Part shown: positions 39,598 to 49,784 of the stretch, in pieces | Layout of the letters: every line of letters starts with the position of its first letter | Position numbering within the stretch: position 1 is the first letter of the stretch | Assembly: GCA_000999095.1 (NCBI GenBank) | Contig: LCFP01000003.1 | Coordinates: 26,839-90,838, forward strand | Origin: Candidatus Gottesmanbacteria bacterium GW2011_GWA2_43_14 | GTDB lineage: Bacteria; Patescibacteriota; Microgenomatia; 2-02-FULL-39-11 | DNA length: 64,000 nt | Direction of reading: 5' to 3' | Notes under the pieces: model-generated | What the model was told of the DNA's origin: nothing | Databases searched by the model: none | Seen by the model: only the letters and a program-made list of their open reading frames with translations | Position numbers and translations under genes: made by a program

Positions 39598-39849
39598 ATG
39601 ATAGCTGCCATAGATTTTTTTTATATTGCCATAGGTTTCGGTTTTCTCATCGCTTCTGTCAGTCTAGCCGTGACGCTGGTCGCTTTAACAAGAACAGTCA
39701 TGGTTGCTAAAAAAATTATTGAGGATGTGGAGGATACAACCCGCGATATCAAACTGTTGAAAAGCGGACTTAAAGTCGGATTATTGTCAATGGCAACAAA
39801 AGTAATCGGTTATTTCGCTAATAAAAAGAGTCAAAATGAAAGGGGGTGA
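39598..39849 (+). CDS. small membrane protein, DUF948-like
   Basis: N-terminal TM then coiled-coil; classic neighbour of YtxH-like genes. Confidence 0.45.
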   Translation: MIAAIDFFYIAIGFGFLIASVSLAVTLVALTRTVMVAKKIIEDVEDTTRDIKLLKSGLKVGLLSMATKVIGYFANKKSQNERG

Positions 39850-40136
39850 ACAAAAGATATATGAACACAAATAATGTTAATAAAAATAATTCGGGAGGCA
39901 GTAAAATGCTGATTTCGGCAGCTTTAGGTGCTGCCTTCGGTGCGGCTGCGGTTGTACTGTCGGACAGAAAAAAGAGGGAAAAAATCAAAAAAGCCGTCGA
40001 CGAAATCATTACCAAAGGCAATCAGCAGATAGACAGGATCAGGGAAACCGCGGAAATCGCCACAGACAAGGGGCGGAAAATTCTTAACGACGAACTTGAC
40101 AAGCAGAAACATCTGATCAGCAAGAAATCAGAGTAA
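39846..40136 (+). CDS. YtxH-like general stress protein
   Basis: TM (MLISAALGAAFGAAAVVL) followed by amphipathic Lys/Glu helix; 4-bp overlap with upstream gene. Confidence 0.5.
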   Translation: MNKRYMNTNNVNKNNSGGSKMLISAALGAAFGAAAVVLSDRKKREKIKKAVDEIITKGNQQIDRIRETAEIATDKGRKILNDELDKQKHLISKKSE

Positions 40137-40216
40137 GGAAATTTTACGGCAGAAACCCGAAATAAAAAACAAACATCTTATTGTTTTTTTACTTCCTTCA
40201 ATGTCTAAATTAACCT

Positions 40217-40669
40217 TTGTTTGTTATGCTTCGGGCTATGTCAAAAAATTCCTTTCTTATTTTGACCGTGGGCTTGGCTGCATTGATACTTGTTATCGGT
40301 GCAACCGGTTTAAAGCGGGAGACTGACCTTAATAATTATGCGGTCGGCGGAGGCCCCCCTGAAGTAATTGAAAGTCCGACTCAAACAACAACGACAAGTG
40401 CAGTTATAGTGGTGTATTTAACTGCCGGTTATGAGCCGGTTATAGTTACTATCAGAAAGGGAGAAACCGTCAGTTGGATAAACAGGTCTGAAGAAATGAT
40501 GCAGGTGGCTTCAGATCCTCACCCCACCCATGACTTTTACCCGGGATTTGACCAGTTATACGGTGTCGGACAAGGCCAGACGTATACTTTTACTTTTGAT
40601 AAACCCGGAATTTGGAATTACTATAATCATTTAAATCCGGCACATGCAGGCAGGATTGTCGTTATCTGA
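40217..40669 (+). CDS. membrane-anchored cupredoxin-like domain protein
   Basis: …VIVTIRKGETVSWINRSEEMMQVASDPHPTHDFYPGF… plastocyanin-like beta-sandwich pattern; no Cys copper ligand seen. Confidence 0.4.
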   Translation: MFVMLRAMSKNSFLILTVGLAALILVIGATGLKRETDLNNYAVGGGPPEVIESPTQTTTTSAVIVVYLTAGYEPVIVTIRKGETVSWINRSEEMMQVASDPHPTHDFYPGFDQLYGVGQGQTYTFTFDKPGIWNYYNHLNPAHAGRIVVI

Positions 40670-40808
40670 AAATCAGCTTAATTTCTTACACAGCTCTTAC
40701 CGGTCCGGCCGATTAATCTTAAACCCCTCCCATAAACTCTCATTTGTTGAAGATGCTGTTACAGGAATTTTCCATAACATACTCATCTTCTCTAAATAAA
40801 CTTTAAAC

Positions 40809-40849
40809 GCTTTCGAATAGCCAATTTGACTATCGAAAGCGTTTTTTTA
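40809..40849 (+). terminator. rho-independent terminator
   Basis: GCTTTCGaATAG-loop-CTATCGAAAGC stem followed by GTTTTTTTAT. Confidence 0.6.
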
Positions 40850-40920
40850 TATAACATTTCTTACCGCTATCTTATCAGCCTGAAGAGTTTTTTTAATGCC
40901 CCCAAGTTAGAATATGGGGT

Positions 40921-41142
40921 ATGGTAAATAAATACCCCCAGGCAGCTGAAAAGGAAGAAAATATAGGTTTCCTCTCGGGAATAATGATTTTGATTGTAGC
41001 CGTTTTCCTGTTTTTGTATTTCGGTTTGCCCCTGATTGAACAAACAGGACAGTTAAATACGATGTTAAATGAAGAGCAGGGGGTGGGCGGAAATTTTTAT
41101 GTGCCTGAAGAATTTGCGGTCCATGAAAATAGTCTTAAATAG
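40921..41142 (+). CDS. small single-TM protein, paralogue of 38507..38716
   Basis: TM then Q/E-rich tail with GVGGN; preceded by TCTTACC direct repeat. Confidence 0.5.
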   Translation: MVNKYPQAAEKEENIGFLSGIMILIVAVFLFLYFGLPLIEQTGQLNTMLNEEQGVGGNFYVPEEFAVHENSLK

Positions 41143-41233
41143 TGAGTTGGGTAAATCTTCTTACCGTAAATTTACATAATTCTCACGTTCTACTTACGGG
41201 ATTTAAATACCCTCAATTTATCCTTTTATTTGC

Positions 41234-43786
41234 ATGATACCGGGAAAAGTGGCTATGATTTCTCCAGCTCACCTTGACTTAGTCATAAACAGTATTGCAG
41301 AAGGTATTACCGTTCAGGATATGCGAGGAAACTTAATTTACGTAAATGAGGCAGCTGCCAGATTGACTGGTTTTAAGAGTGCAAAAGAGTTGCTTTCAAC
41401 ACCGCGCGAAAAAATCCTGGAAAAGTATGAATTGCTGGATGAAGCCAGGCGGCTTATACGCGCAGGCCGTTTGCCGGGAAGAATGGTAATCAGTTCGGGA
41501 AAACCCCAGGAGGAAGTCATTCAGTTTCGGATACTCGCAACCGGCGAAAAACGGTGGTCGACCGTTAAATCCAGACCGGTTAACGATAAACAAAAAAAAC
41601 TGAAGGTCATCGTAAATGTTTTCAGGGATATTACCCGTGAAAAAGTTACCCAAGACCAATTGATACATAAGATCAGACAGCAGGAATCAGTTTCCCTATT
41701 GGGGCAAAAATCGCTGGAAGGTGCATCAAGCAGTAAAATCATGCAGTTTGCCCTGGAAATTCTCTCCCTGCGGCTGCCTATTGAATACTCGAAAATCGCT
41801 CGGATGGATGACGACGGTAAAAGCCTGCTAATAATCTACGGAAAAGGCTGGAGGAAAGGGAATATAGGGACAGTTCGCGAGGCAAGCGACATATATTCTC
41901 CGGCAGGATATACCCTGAAATCGAGGAAACCGGTGATCATGAATAACTTGGCTGAGGAAAAAAGGTTTAAAATTCCGGCTTTTCTCAAAGATCACGGGAT
42001 AAACAGCGGAATGAGTGTCATAATTCATGGTGAGCAGAAACCCTTCGGAGTTCTCGGAGTCTATTCCAATTCAGCAGTCAAATTCAACCGCGATGACATT
42101 TATTTCCTGTCCCAGGTCTCAAATATAATCGCGGAAAGCATAGAGGGGGAAAAGAAAGTAGAAGAGATAAAATTCCAGACAAAACTAATAAATGCTGTTG
42201 AAGAGGCAGTAATTGCAACTGATCCGGATGGGAAAGTAATTTTTTGGAATGACTATGCTTCAAAACTATACGGCTGGAAAATGTCGGAAATGAAAGGTAA
42301 AAATTTAATGAAAATAATTCCCGATTGGGAGAAAAATAAAACAAAATTTGCCATGGCCGCCGTTAGAAAATCCGACAGCTGGTCCGGAGAAATGCAACTT
42401 CTCAATAAAAACGGCAAAGTCTTCACTGCCTCGGTTTCTGATTATCCGGTCATGGGAAATAACGGAAAACTTATTGGTATGGTGGGTGTTTCCCGAAATA
42501 TTTCAATAGAAAAACGGCAGGAAATAAGTCTGCTGTTTTTGGAAAGGGCCACTGCCATGATGGGTTCATCATTGGAATACGAGAAAACATTAGCGGAAGT
42601 TTGCCGCCTCGCCGTTTCTGAATTTTGCGAGTGGTGTGTAGTTGATTTATGGGAAGACGGTAAATTAAGACAACTCTCGGTCAGCCATTTCCGGAAATCG
42701 ATGGTTGATAAAGCCCTGATTTTTCAAAAACAATACCCACCGAACTTAAATAAAACTGAAGGCAGGCTGATAATTGCCCGAAGCGGAAAACGCATATTCA
42801 TACCTGAAATTAATAAGTTGATGTTAAAGAAATATGCCATGTCTGCCGAACAGCTGAAGCAGTTGGAATCTTTTAATTTTAACTCTTACATAGGAATTCC
42901 GATCAAATACCAGGAAAAAACATTAGGCGTCCTAAGTTTTATCAACACCGGGGGAAACAGAATTTTTTCAAGGGCGGATTTATCAATAGCCCAAAATGTA
43001 GCTAACCGGGCCGGTGTAGCCATCGAAAACGCCAGATTGTACAACCTGGCGCAGGAAAAGATAAGTGAAAAGGAAGAGATAGAAAAAAGAAAGGATGAAT
43101 TTATATCCATTGCTTCTCATGAGTTGAAAACACCTTTAACTTCAATCAAAGCCTTCACCCAAATTCTGTTAAAGAGCGTGTCTGACGACGAAATCAAACA
43201 TAAGAAATATCTCACAAGAATGGACCAGCAGCTGGACAAGCTGACAGAACTCATAAATGATCTTCTGGATGTTTCCAGAATTAAATCAGGAGTGTTGGAG
43301 CTTCGGGAGGAAATTTTTCCCCTGGATATATTTGTCAGGGAAGTCGTAGAGGATGTGGCCAGCATTGTACCCAATAATGACATAGTCGTTGTCGGCAGGA
43401 CAGGCAGGCTGATCAAATCGGATAAAAATAGAATCAGCCAGGTGCTCACAAATCTATTAACCAATGCCGGTAAGTATTCTCCAAACGGCCGCGAAATCCT
43501 GGTCAGGCTTGATTATTCCGACAAGGAGGTCACTATTCATGTGGAAGATTTCGGGATAGGTATTGCTAAAAACAAAATAAATAAAATATTCCAAAGGTTT
43601 ACCAGGATCAACAATCCGAAAAATGAAAAATCTCCCGGTTTAGGATTGGGCCTTTACATATCATCCCAAATCATCAACCGGCTGGGAGGGGAACTCCGTG
43701 TTAAAAGTGAACCAGGAAAAGGTTCCGTTTTCAGTTTCAACCTGCCTACTCTTAAAGAAAAGCAACTGTTATTATCATATAATTAA
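41234..43786 (+). CDS. cytoplasmic multi-domain sensor histidine kinase (PAS-GAF-PAS-GAF-HisKA-HATPase)
   Basis: No TM; H-box ISIASHELKTPLTSIKAF; HATPase G1/G2 (GLGLGLYISSQII…GGEL). Confidence 0.8.
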   Translation: MIPGKVAMISPAHLDLVINSIAEGITVQDMRGNLIYVNEAAARLTGFKSAKELLSTPREKILEKYELLDEARRLIRAGRLPGRMVISSGKPQEEVIQFRILATGEKRWSTVKSRPVNDKQKKLKVIVNVFRDITREKVTQDQLIHKIRQQESVSLLGQKSLEGASSSKIMQFALEILSLRLPIEYSKIARMDDDGKSLLIIYGKGWRKGNIGTVREASDIYSPAGYTLKSRKPVIMNNLAEEKRFKIPAFLKDHGINSGMSVIIHGEQKPFGVLGVYSNSAVKFNRDDIYFLSQVSNIIAESIEGEKKVEEIKFQTKLINAVEEAVIATDPDGKVIFWNDYASKLYGWKMSEMKGKNLMKIIPDWEKNKTKFAMAAVRKSDSWSGEMQLLNKNGKVFTASVSDYPVMGNNGKLIGMVGVSRNISIEKRQEISLLFLERATAMMGSSLEYEKTLAEVCRLAVSEFCEWCVVDLWEDGKLRQLSVSHFRKSMVDKALIFQKQYPPNLNKTEGRLIIARSGKRIFIPEINKLMLKKYAMSAEQLKQLESFNFNSYIGIPIKYQEKTLGVLSFINTGGNRIFSRADLSIAQNVANRAGVAIENARLYNLAQEKISEKEEIEKRKDEFISIASHELKTPLTSIKAFTQILLKSVSDDEIKHKKYLTRMDQQLDKLTELINDLLDVSRIKSGVLELREEIFPLDIFVREVVEDVASIVPNNDIVVVGRTGRLIKSDKNRISQVLTNLLTNAGKYSPNGREILVRLDYSDKEVTIHVEDFGIGIAKNKINKIFQRFTRINNPKNEKSPGLGLGLYISSQIINRLGGELRVKSEPGKGSVFSFNLPTLKEKQLLLSYN

Positions 43787-43793
43787 ATTTAAT

Positions 43794-44186
43794 ATGAACG
43801 GAAAGAAGCATATTCTGATTGTTGACGATGACTCGGCAATTCTTGATGTCATTCAGATCATTCTCAATGACGCCGGATATGCGACCCATATCATTTCAGA
43901 CGGGGATCAGGTGAGAAATTTCCTTAACAGGCAACGGGTGGATTTAATTCTTCTTGATATCTGGATGTCAGGCATGGACGGATCGGAAATTACAAAAATG
44001 CTGAAAGATGATAATGGCACTAAAAGCATCCCCGTTATCATGATTTCGGCCAACAATCAGGGGATGAATATTGCCAAGTCTTCCGGAGCTGACGGTTTTA
44101 TCGCTAAACCGTTCGAAATTGACCAACTTTTAAATGTGGTAGCCAAATTTATCAACGGAAAAAAGCTTTTAACCGAAAACTACTAA
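43794..44186 (+). CDS. single-domain response regulator (CheY-like receiver)
   Basis: ILIVDDD…DLILLDIWMSGMDG…KPF; start at internal ATG 7 nt after kinase stop. Confidence 0.75.
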   Translation: MNGKKHILIVDDDSAILDVIQIILNDAGYATHIISDGDQVRNFLNRQRVDLILLDIWMSGMDGSEITKMLKDDNGTKSIPVIMISANNQGMNIAKSSGADGFIAKPFEIDQLLNVVAKFINGKKLLTENY

Positions 44187-44367
44187 GACTGCTGCGAAAA
44201 AAGGGATGACTACAGTCACTACGCTGATAAAAATTTTGTTAAGCATATTTGCTTATCTTGCCATAAACGCATAAACCGGACTTCAGAAGTTCTGTAATAA
44301 AATAATAATAAATTTTTTCTTACAAATCTCTTACCCTCAAACTTATATATTTTATTAAAAATACCTC

Positions 44368-44397
44368 TTGACATACCGCAAAAGCTGATGGTATATT
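44368..44397 (+). promoter_or_regulatory. sigma70-type promoter (TTGACA-18 nt-TATATT) for GH18 gene
   Basis: Near-consensus -35/-10 with 18-nt spacer about 60 nt upstream of start codon; TCTTAC repeats 33 nt upstream of -35. Confidence 0.55.
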
Positions 44398-44456
44398 GGC
44401 AACTCTCTTAAGGTAATAAAAAAGTTAAAAACATGTAAGGAATTGTTAAGAAACAA

Positions 44457-45776
44457 GTGCCTGTCCAAAAACTAATCAGCAAATTATCGCAAAATAAAGA
44501 AAAATATTTAATCTTTGCCCTGATTGAATCAATACTTCTCCTCCTCCTATTTATTCACCGCTTAACTGACGTAAAACAAATCTTAAGTCCGCTTGTTTTT
44601 CCGGATACAGCCAACCAGGAAAGAATCCTGCAGAAAAACCAACGCGAAGTATTCGGATTCGCACCTTATTGGGTATTTGACCGGCGATTGGATAATGTTG
44701 ATTTCAGCGTCCTGACTACATTCGCTTATTTCGGTATTGACGTACTGGATACAGGCTACCTCAATAAAAAAAATGATGCCTACCGCGTCTTTAACAGTCG
44801 TAGGGCAACCGATATTTTCAGTAAGGCGCATCGGAACGGTACCAAAGTAGTTTTGACTTTGACCCAGATGGATAACGCGACCATCACAAAATTTCTGGAT
44901 AATCCGTCCGCCTGGAAAAGATCCTCAACCGAAGCTGCAGCCGAAGTGAAACGCCGGGGGATCGACGGAGTCAATGTTGATTTTGAATATGTCGGCAATC
45001 CTGGTTCGAGCTACCGCCGGAAATTCAGCGATTTTGTCCGGATTCTGACAACGGAGATGCACAGGAATCTGCCTGACTCCCGGGTTACTGTTTCCGTTTA
45101 TGCTTCATCAGCCAAGGAACCCAAGCTTTATGATATCGGCGCTTTAGCCAATGACAGTGACGGCATTTTCATGATGGCCTATGATTACGCCACAACAACG
45201 GCCGAAAAGGTAATGCCTACTTCGCCTCTTTACGGTTATAAAGAAGGAAAATACTGGTATGATGTATCGACAGCCATCGAGGATTTTCTGAAAGAGATGC
45301 CGGCGGAAAAGCTGATTTTGGGAGTACCCTGGTACGGTTACAATTATGCGGTAGCTTCTCCTGAAATTAATGCTTCTGTCAACCGCGGATATTATACCTG
45401 GCGGAGAATCGGCAGGCGGAATATAAGAGTTTTTAATCCCCAAAGAGGAACAGCCCAGACATATTCGGCCCTTAAAAATAAAATCAGCGTCACGCCCCAA
45501 GAAGGAGAAACTTTACTTTCCGGATGGGACGATATCGGCCAGGTCGGCTGGCAGGCATACAAGAGCAGAGGAGTCTGGAGAATGATTTTCATCGAAGACA
45601 GCCGTTCTCTGGGTGTGAAATACGATTTTGCCATAAGCAAGAATTTGGGCGGGATAGGTATTTGGGCTTTGGGTTTTGACCAGGGAGGTGAATTTTGGCA
45701 GGTGCTGGCTGAAAAGTACGGACGCAAATTGGCCGAAAACAACCGTGTCAGTAAAAAAATAAATAAGAATATATGA
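44457..45776 (+). CDS. glycoside hydrolase family 18 (chitinase/peptidoglycan hydrolase-like)
   Basis: DGVNVDFEY catalytic DxxDxDxE motif; N-terminal TM; GTG start. Confidence 0.75.
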   Translation: MPVQKLISKLSQNKEKYLIFALIESILLLLLFIHRLTDVKQILSPLVFPDTANQERILQKNQREVFGFAPYWVFDRRLDNVDFSVLTTFAYFGIDVLDTGYLNKKNDAYRVFNSRRATDIFSKAHRNGTKVVLTLTQMDNATITKFLDNPSAWKRSSTEAAAEVKRRGIDGVNVDFEYVGNPGSSYRRKFSDFVRILTTEMHRNLPDSRVTVSVYASSAKEPKLYDIGALANDSDGIFMMAYDYATTTAEKVMPTSPLYGYKEGKYWYDVSTAIEDFLKEMPAEKLILGVPWYGYNYAVASPEINASVNRGYYTWRRIGRRNIRVFNPQRGTAQTYSALKNKISVTPQEGETLLSGWDDIGQVGWQAYKSRGVWRMIFIEDSRSLGVKYDFAISKNLGGIGIWALGFDQGGEFWQVLAEKYGRKLAENNRVSKKINKNI

Positions 45777-46858
45777 AAGATTTTGAAGTTAAATTCGATC
45801 TAACTTACGATAAACAGAAATTCAGGACGCTAAACTGGAAAATATTTCTGGTAAGCATGGCCGTATCCGCCCTGCTCTCAGTGTTCACCTCCTCTATTCC
45901 CCGAATCAGCCTTCTGTCACCGGCTATCGATAATATGCGGATTGATGTATTTTCCGTTGTTTTGCCGAAACTTAAAGAAATACCCAATGAATTCATACTC
46001 CGTAAAAAATCTTCTTTGGTTTCCTCGGCTTATGCCACAGGAGAGTTGGATAAGGCGAAAGCCTACGGTATTATCAATTTTGAAACGGGAGAAATAATCA
46101 GGGAGAAAAACCTGGATAAAATACTGCCGATTGCCTCTTTGACCAAAGTCATGACAGCTGTGGTTGCAATGGACCTGGCAGATAAAGATGAAACATTTAC
46201 CGTCTCAAGGAATGCTGCCAATAAGATTCCAACCAAAATCGGGGTAGTGCCCGGCCAAAAACTCTCCCTCGAAGAACTTTTGAATGCTCTCCTTTTGACC
46301 AGCGCCAATGATGCGGCTGAAGTTATAAAGGAAGGCATTGACAGTAAATACGGGGCTGAAATATTTATCAGAGCCATGAATGCCAAGGCTGAATTTTTAG
46401 GACTCCGTCACAGTACTTTCCAGAATCCCCAGGGATTTGATGCGCCAAATCACTATTCCAGTGCCGGTGATATGACTGTTTTAAGCCATTATGCGTTGGA
46501 AAATTATCCAGTGATATCACAAATCGTGGTCAAGGACTTTCAAAGACTGTCACAAACCAGGCAGCACAAAAAATACGACCTTTATAACTGGAACGGCCTG
46601 ATCGGGGTATACCCTAATGTTTTCGGAGTAAAGATCGGTTATACGGGAAAAGCCGGGAAAACAACCGTTGTCGTATCCCAAAGGGACGGCGTTAAAATTA
46701 TGGCAGTTGTTCTGGGAGCGCCGACGGTTCTCGCGCGCGACCTCTGGGCGGGGCAGGCATTGGACATTGGTTTTGAAGAAACGGCAGGCCTGCCTGCCAT
46801 AAATATTTCCGAGCAGCAATTAAAAGCGAAATATTTGACCTGGAATAACTGGCCATAA
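45773..46858 (+). CDS. D-alanyl-D-alanine carboxypeptidase (S11, PBP5/DacA-like)
   Basis: SxxK (ASLTK), SxN (TSAND) and KTG-like motifs; 4-bp overlap with GH18 gene. Confidence 0.75.
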   Translation: MKDFEVKFDLTYDKQKFRTLNWKIFLVSMAVSALLSVFTSSIPRISLLSPAIDNMRIDVFSVVLPKLKEIPNEFILRKKSSLVSSAYATGELDKAKAYGIINFETGEIIREKNLDKILPIASLTKVMTAVVAMDLADKDETFTVSRNAANKIPTKIGVVPGQKLSLEELLNALLLTSANDAAEVIKEGIDSKYGAEIFIRAMNAKAEFLGLRHSTFQNPQGFDAPNHYSSAGDMTVLSHYALENYPVISQIVVKDFQRLSQTRQHKKYDLYNWNGLIGVYPNVFGVKIGYTGKAGKTTVVVSQRDGVKIMAVVLGAPTVLARDLWAGQALDIGFEETAGLPAINISEQQLKAKYLTWNNWP

Positions 46859-46924
46859 CTTCTTTCTTACCAACTCTAACTATCTCCTTTAAATGAAACA
46901 TCCATAATCTGAAAACGCTAACCT

Positions 46925-48865
46925 ATGACCAAATTCAGGCTGACAGTTTTTTTTTGCGGTTTTTTATCTTTCATTATATTTATTGCCGTTTTGACATACC
47001 TGAATTTCCACAGTGTTTACCGCTTCAAGGAGAAACTGCTTCAGTATAACGACCGCGGACTGATACTGTTTGATGTGGCCGGCAGGCCATTTTTTGAATT
47101 CGGTGAATCAAAAGTCAGACAATACATCTCATGGCAGGAAATTCCAAAGTATGCAAAAAGCGCGGTTGTGGCTGCCGAAGACAAAGATTTTTACCGGCAT
47201 CCGGGTTTTTCAGTTAAAGCCATAGCCAGGTCAATATGGAAAAATTTAAAATCAGGCTCTATATCCTACGGAGCCTCCACTTTGACGCAGCAATTGGTCA
47301 AAAATAACCTTTTATACCAGGATAAGAAACTGCTCAGAAAATACCAGGAAATTCTTATCGCTTTGCTTTTGGAACAACGCTACTCCAAAACTGAGATTCT
47401 GGAAATGTATTTGAACAGTGTTTATTTCGGCCAGGGTGCCTGGGGCATCGGCGAGGCTGCTGAAACCTATTTCGGGAAAAATGCCCATGATCTGACTCTG
47501 GCTGAAACGACTGTTTTAATAGCTGTTTTGCCTTCACCTTCACTTTACGACCCTTTAAAAAGTGACAACTATAAAAAGCGCCAGCAAACCACCCTATCAA
47601 GCATGGTCGAGCAAGGCGCAATTACCAGGGAAATGAAAAGTCAGGCGTTAGCGGAAAAGCCCGATTTTCAAAATCAGACTTCCAAGTTAAACAAGAATGC
47701 CCCTCATTTTGCCCTGATGGTTCGTGATTTTTTAAAGGAAAAATGGGGAGAGAGGGCGGAAAGTTCGGGCTGGAAAGTGCAGACTACTTTAAATCTTGAC
47801 TGGCAGAAATTTGTAGAAAATGATCTCAAGAACCAGGTGATCTTGTTAAAGCAAAAAAAGGTTTCCAACGGCGCCGCTGTAGTTTTGGACACACGAAGCG
47901 GGGCTGTCAGAGCTTTGGCGGGCAGTTACGATTGGAATGACAACCGCGTCGGCCGGATTAATATGGTTTTAAAACCCCGGCAATCGGGATCAGCCTTTAA
48001 ACCGCTGGTTTATCTGGCGGCACTTGAGGCCGGCTGGCTTACACCAGCCTCTATCCTTAATGACCGGCCTGCAAACTACAGTACGCCAACTGGTTTTTAC
48101 AAGCCTAAAAATTACGACCGGCGTTTCCGGGGTAATGTAACCGTAAGACGAGCCCTGGCTAATTCTTTAAATGTACCGGCCGTTGAAGTCATGTCTAAAT
48201 TAGGCGTTTATGATGCTCTCCGGTTTGCAGGTAAAATGGGTATTACCAGTTTAAAAGGAGCTGACAACTACGGCCTCTCTTTGGTCTTGGGCACCGGGGA
48301 AGTCAGCCTTCTGGAGCTGGCCGGAGCTTACTCTGTTTTGGGCAATAACGGCAGTTTGCATAATACATTTACGGTTATCTCCATAAGGGACAATCAGAAC
48401 AGAGAGATCTACCGGGTAAAGGATAAACCGCAACAGGTCGTAAGTCCGGAATCATCTTATTTGGTCACTTCCATTTTGTCGGATGAAAAGACTAGACGGG
48501 AAATTTTCGGCCGCCTGCTGGATACGGATACCCCTGCAGCTGTCAAAACCGGCACAACCGATGATTACCGTGATTCGGTGACTGCAGGATACACTCCTTT
48601 TATCACAGCAGCTGTCTGGGTAGGCAACAATGACAACAGTCCCATGACGGCAGTAGCCGGTTCATTGGGGGCAGCTCCTGCCTGGAAAAAGATAATTGAC
48701 GGTTTATCAAAAAGTTTTCCTGTCACGGATTTTTCCCCTCCGGAGTCTGTTGTGAAATTGAAAGTCTGTTCACCTGCCGGATTTTCGGAGCCAAATGCGG
48801 AAACAGGTGGAGGCAAAGTAGAATATTTTATGGCCCAAACGGCAAACCGCATTAAAACGTGCTAG
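46925..48865 (+). CDS. class A penicillin-binding protein (GT51 transglycosylase + transpeptidase)
   Basis: GT51 motif AAEDKDFYRHPG; SGSAFKP (SxxK); KTGTTDD. Confidence 0.85.
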   Translation: MTKFRLTVFFCGFLSFIIFIAVLTYLNFHSVYRFKEKLLQYNDRGLILFDVAGRPFFEFGESKVRQYISWQEIPKYAKSAVVAAEDKDFYRHPGFSVKAIARSIWKNLKSGSISYGASTLTQQLVKNNLLYQDKKLLRKYQEILIALLLEQRYSKTEILEMYLNSVYFGQGAWGIGEAAETYFGKNAHDLTLAETTVLIAVLPSPSLYDPLKSDNYKKRQQTTLSSMVEQGAITREMKSQALAEKPDFQNQTSKLNKNAPHFALMVRDFLKEKWGERAESSGWKVQTTLNLDWQKFVENDLKNQVILLKQKKVSNGAAVVLDTRSGAVRALAGSYDWNDNRVGRINMVLKPRQSGSAFKPLVYLAALEAGWLTPASILNDRPANYSTPTGFYKPKNYDRRFRGNVTVRRALANSLNVPAVEVMSKLGVYDALRFAGKMGITSLKGADNYGLSLVLGTGEVSLLELAGAYSVLGNNGSLHNTFTVISIRDNQNREIYRVKDKPQQVVSPESSYLVTSILSDEKTRREIFGRLLDTDTPAAVKTGTTDDYRDSVTAGYTPFITAAVWVGNNDNSPMTAVAGSLGAAPAWKKIIDGLSKSFPVTDFSPPESVVKLKVCSPAGFSEPNAETGGGKVEYFMAQTANRIKTC

Positions 48866-48874
48866 TATAGATGA

Positions 48875-49060
48875 ATGGTTAAAGGGGACTTTGCACTGAA
48901 AAAATTACGGCATGACATCAAAAATTATTTGACGGTGATAAGATTAAATCTGTTTTTACTGAAAAAGGATTTACCTCCGGAAAAAGAACAGTTTGCAGTC
49001 AAGATTGAGGAAAAATTGGAGCTGATTTTACGGGACCTGGAAAAAAGCAAAAAAGGATAA
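48875..49060 (+). CDS. 61-aa protein with H-box-like motif (possible stand-alone DHp/phosphotransfer helix hairpin)
   Basis: …LRHDIKNYLTVIRLNL… resembles HisKA H-box; no ATPase domain. Confidence 0.3.
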   Translation: MVKGDFALKKLRHDIKNYLTVIRLNLFLLKKDLPPEKEQFAVKIEEKLELILRDLEKSKKG

Positions 49061-49066
49061 AACGGT

Positions 49067-49738
49067 TTATTCTTTGATGACGTAACCGAATCCGCGAACG
49101 GTATTAATAAGAAGCTTTTTGGAGTTTTGATCGATTTTTTTCCTTAAATAACCGATGTAGACATCAACTACCCGGGGCTCAATATAGTCAGCCGTCAGCC
49201 AGATGCGTTGAAGAATCATGTCCCTTGTCAGTACCCGTCCGGCATTAATCATCAGATACTGCAGGAGCTCATATTCCTTATGGGAAAGGCTTATTATCCG
49301 GTCACCCCTTTTTACCTCAAAGGTTTTGGTATTAAGCTCCAGGTCTGCAACTTTGAGGGATGTGCCGTTATGCTCCAAGTGGCGCAGCCTGGCTTTTATC
49401 CGGGCGATGAGCTCTTCGCCTTTGAAAGGTTTGGTAATGTAATCATCAGCACCCAGATTTAATCCTTTAACGATATCGGTCACATCATCTTTGGCAGTGA
49501 GAATGATAACCGGGAGGTCGGGAAACTTTTTTCTGATTTCCGTCATGACTGATTCACCGCTTAATTTGGGCAAACCCAAGTCCAGGATGACCAGGTCCGG
49601 CCGGCGGCTTTCCACCAGATCCAGAGCTTTTACACCGTCCGGTGCTTCTACTACTGAATAGCCTATATCAAGGAGTAAAGTGTTGATGTATTTGCGGATG
49701 TCATTGTCGTCTTCAATAACCATTACCGTTTTGATCAT
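49067..49738 (-). CDS. OmpR/PhoB-family response regulator (receiver + winged-helix)
   Basis: VMVIEDD…DLVILDLGLPKLSG…; C-terminal wHTH …RVLTRDMILQRIW…VDVYIGYLRKKI. Confidence 0.85.
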   Translation of the reverse strand: MIKTVMVIEDDNDIRKYINTLLLDIGYSVVEAPDGVKALDLVESRRPDLVILDLGLPKLSGESVMTEIRKKFPDLPVIILTAKDDVTDIVKGLNLGADDYITKPFKGEELIARIKARLRHLEHNGTSLKVADLELNTKTFEVKRGDRIISLSHKEYELLQYLMINAGRVLTRDMILQRIWLTADYIEPRVVDVYIGYLRKKIDQNSKKLLINTVRGFGYVIKE

Positions 49739-49784
49739 AGGGGAATCATTCTAACACATTCTTACAATTTGTAAATCGGCAAGT

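Noticed and set aside
40753-40806. 17-codon ORF as a bona fide protein gene
   Set aside because: No SD and no conservation evidence. Treated as part of the candidate sRNA unit instead.
43698-43793. Extension of the receiver ORF into the 3' end of the kinase gene
   Set aside because: The ATG at 43794 directly follows the kinase stop, and the receiver fold starts there (MNGKKHILIVDDD).
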